From Tubiluchus corallicola (taxonomy: Eukaryota > Animalia > Priapulida): a stretch of DNA of 64,000 bases. This document shows, one piece after another, positions 62,901-64,000 of this stretch. Location of the stretch: assembly GCA_030141605.1 (NCBI GenBank), contig JAQGDQ010000008.1, forward strand, positions 868,001 to 932,000, written 5' to 3'. Within the stretch, counting starts at the first letter, position 1; the number at the start of each line of letters is the position of its first letter. Both the position numbers and the translations under genes were made by a program. Below the pieces are notes generated by a model. It made no database searches. It was not told where the DNA came from and saw nothing but the letters and a program-made list of their open reading frames with translations.

Positions 62901-63049
62901 GAAGTTTAGTATTACCTGGCTCAAAAATCTTGTTGAAAGGATGTTTATGATCTTGACGAGTCCGGAAACAGTTTTCACAGAAACGAGTTTCACAGGACTT
63001 GCATTGAAAGAGGGCGCCACTGATAGGTGACACTTTACAGCCATCACAC
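27614..63049 (-). CDS. HERC2: HERC2 E3 ubiquitin-protein ligase, 3' portion (ZZ, DOC, RCC1-like domains 2 and 3, HECT); spliced, 5'-partial
   Basis: 38 GT-AG exons on the - strand (ascending coordinates): 27614-27880, 28958-29170, 30050-30155, 30900-31068, 31486-31620, 31719-31913, 32766-32907, 33933-34016, 35236-35376, 36312-36464, 37126-37360, 37892-38145, 38594-38771, 40098-40312, 41525-41723, 42404-42516, 43323-43478, 43725-43850, 44256-44371, 44488-44778, 46181-46307, 46440-46574, 46741-46929, 47793-47936, 48271-48484, 49054-49225, 50261-50486, 51019-51163, 52702-52796, 53245-53403, 54938-55115, 55882-55972, 56336-56476, 57094-57255, 58631-58826, 59857-60048, 62014-62213, 62916-63049. 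Diagnostic peptides: [74 protein letters not shown]. Confidence 0.96.
29552..29704. mobile_element. Small foldback/MITE-like element
   Basis: gaattaattgcgacacaaat (29591-29610) pairs perfectly with atttgtgtcgcaattaattc (29658-29677). Outer imperfect arms are taggtgaataggaataac / gttctcctacttgccta. Confidence 0.6.
32651..32717. repeat. (CA)n / (CACG)n compound microsatellite
   Basis: gcacgcacatgcatgcacacacacacc...acacacacacacacac. Confidence 0.9.
34248..34880. mobile_element. GC-rich inserted element with (TA)n-centred palindromic left end; unclassified DNA transposon-like fragment
   Basis: Perfect 46-bp palindrome 34324-34369 and an imperfect one at about 34258-34296, followed by about 500 bp of CpG-rich sequence that contrasts sharply with the host intron. 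Confidence 0.55.
36312..41723 (-). CDS. HERC2: HERC2 RCC1-like domain 3 exons
   Basis: Repeated RCC1 blades: [61 protein letters not shown]. Confidence 0.93.
39005..39208. mobile_element. MITE-like element with 35-bp terminal inverted repeats and an internal tRNA-like segment
   Basis: ttaattaattatgactgtgattcccagaattgtaa (39005-39039) versus ttacaattccggcaatcacagttataattaattaa (39174-39208), 3 mismatches. A related copy lies at about 57361-57620. Confidence 0.75.
50261..57255 (-). CDS. HERC2: HERC2 RCC1-like domain 2 exons
   Basis: RCC1 blades: [60 protein letters not shown]. Confidence 0.93.
51405..51560 (+). mobile_element. 5S rRNA-derived SINE-like repeat copy
   Basis: gctgaggctggtcagtgaatagatgggtgaccacc resembles 5S rRNA GGGCCTGGTTAGTACTTGGATGGGAGACCGCC and is the reverse complement of the motif at 16781-16810. 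Confidence 0.6.
51565..52480 (-). mobile_element. Decayed 3' fragment of a CR1/L2-clade LINE (ORF2 C-terminus and (AAT)n tail)
   Basis: Minus-strand translation gives [25 protein letters not shown] and [45 protein letters not shown], typical of post-RT CR1 ORF2, with stops. A (TTA)n tract lies at about 51565-51595. Confidence 0.8.
56720..56900 (-). mobile_element. 5S-derived SINE-like repeat copy
   Basis: Shares caggaccagaatc..ttatta, gtgtctt.accatgtttggatgtgactact and ggtggtcacc...gaccgacttcagcattgtttgactt with the copy at 16605-16830. Confidence 0.6.
57361..57620. mobile_element. Diverged copy of the 39005-39208 MITE-like family
   Basis: Shares ccaactcattac.c.caat.ggtaataatttgtaaaataaacc and the terminal acagtcataa...aattaat; its ends are imperfectly inverted. 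Confidence 0.6.
58320..58525 (-). mobile_element. 5S-derived SINE-like repeat copy
   Basis: caggactagac..cattatcaaggc at the start and ccattcactgatatgcctcagcaatgcttaactt at the end match the family. Confidence 0.55.
58631..63049 (-). CDS. HERC2: HERC2 ZZ zinc finger and DOC/APC10 domain exons
   Basis: [27 protein letters not shown] (ZZ); [22 protein letters not shown]...[56 protein letters not shown] (DOC). Confidence 0.92.
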
Positions 63050-64000
63050 CTGTTAATTGCATATAGACGAAAAAAGTAACTACAACATACAACGCACAAC
63101 TGACAAAAGACAACAGAAAAATTATTAAACTAGCAATACAAAAGTAATGCATTAACAATACTCAATTTGTTAAGGTGATAATGTGACATTATTGCAGTGT
63201 ATTGATTATCTGATAATGGTCGATATTGTGGCTCTAAGCCAACGAAAATGCACTACACTATAGCACACAATAAAAAAATAAAGCACCAGTTTCATTATTG
63301 TGATGGTTAAAAAGCTTAAGACAGGAGGGTACAAACAAACAAAAGGAAAATCTGGGGAGTGCTGTAATAAACAACAAGCTGGATCAGAGATAAGAACTGC
63401 CTGTTGACAATGCATTTCCTGCCTTCTGAACAATGTATGTAACCTATACAAGTAATAGTTTACGACAATTTCATATTTACAATATTTACTATGACTATGA
63501 AATTTATTTCACAAAAAAATAGTAAAGTTACAACATATTATCAACAATAACAAATCTTAAATGGTGTGAGGGGAGGGTACGGCCAAATGGTCATTTACAC
63601 ACTCCCCTTACATACTAGAAGGTATTATTAGTACATGCGTGGCTGTGGAAGAATACAGGTGTTATAGAACTATTACAATAATTCAACAAAACATAATGAT
63701 TATGACATAAGAAGACAACGATAGTTGAAACTGAATCAGTTAAAAATTTATAATAACGACTTACACAAAGCAAAACAGGAAGGGATACTAATGATAACAT
63801 TTATGAAAAGAGAATATTTAGCCTTTGTATATTAAATAATAATTATTATTACTACTGCAGCGGTAGTATACAATATATACATACAAGCACATACTATGTG
63901 CTTGTGTTTGTATATATGACATTATTTGAAATCAGAGGGTAAAATTAAAAAAAAATACCAAAACTTCTCTAAATCTGTGTTTTGTGTGTATTTGCAGCCA

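Overview
AT-rich, intron-rich eukaryotic (invertebrate metazoan-like) genomic DNA containing two convergent multi-exon genes. On the + strand is a PDE2A-type cGMP-stimulated phosphodiesterase (22 exons traced in phase, 2801-24156, 5' end not found). On the - strand is the 3' part of the giant HECT E3 ligase HERC2 (38 exons, ZZ-DOC-RLD2-RLD3-HECT, 63049 to stop at 27614). The standout anomaly is in the PDE2 intron after the GAF-A/GAF-B linker exon: reading through the donor at 10163|10164 stays in frame for 822 more codons (stop 12629-12631). This encodes an acidic, repeat-containing, probably disordered extension, predicting either a catalytically dead GAF-A-only isoform or an ~818-aa cassette between the GAF domains. 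Other oddities are introns carrying tandem 'echoes' of their own splice junctions (three cases), two in-phase donors in GAF-B, and a ZZ domain lacking the usual acidic motif. Repeats include a 31-bp minisatellite with 13-bp flanking direct repeats and several transposon relics (hAT, Tigger-like, CR1 LINE, 5S-derived SINEs, a MITE with a tRNA-like core). All homology calls are from recalled sequence motifs, not database searches.
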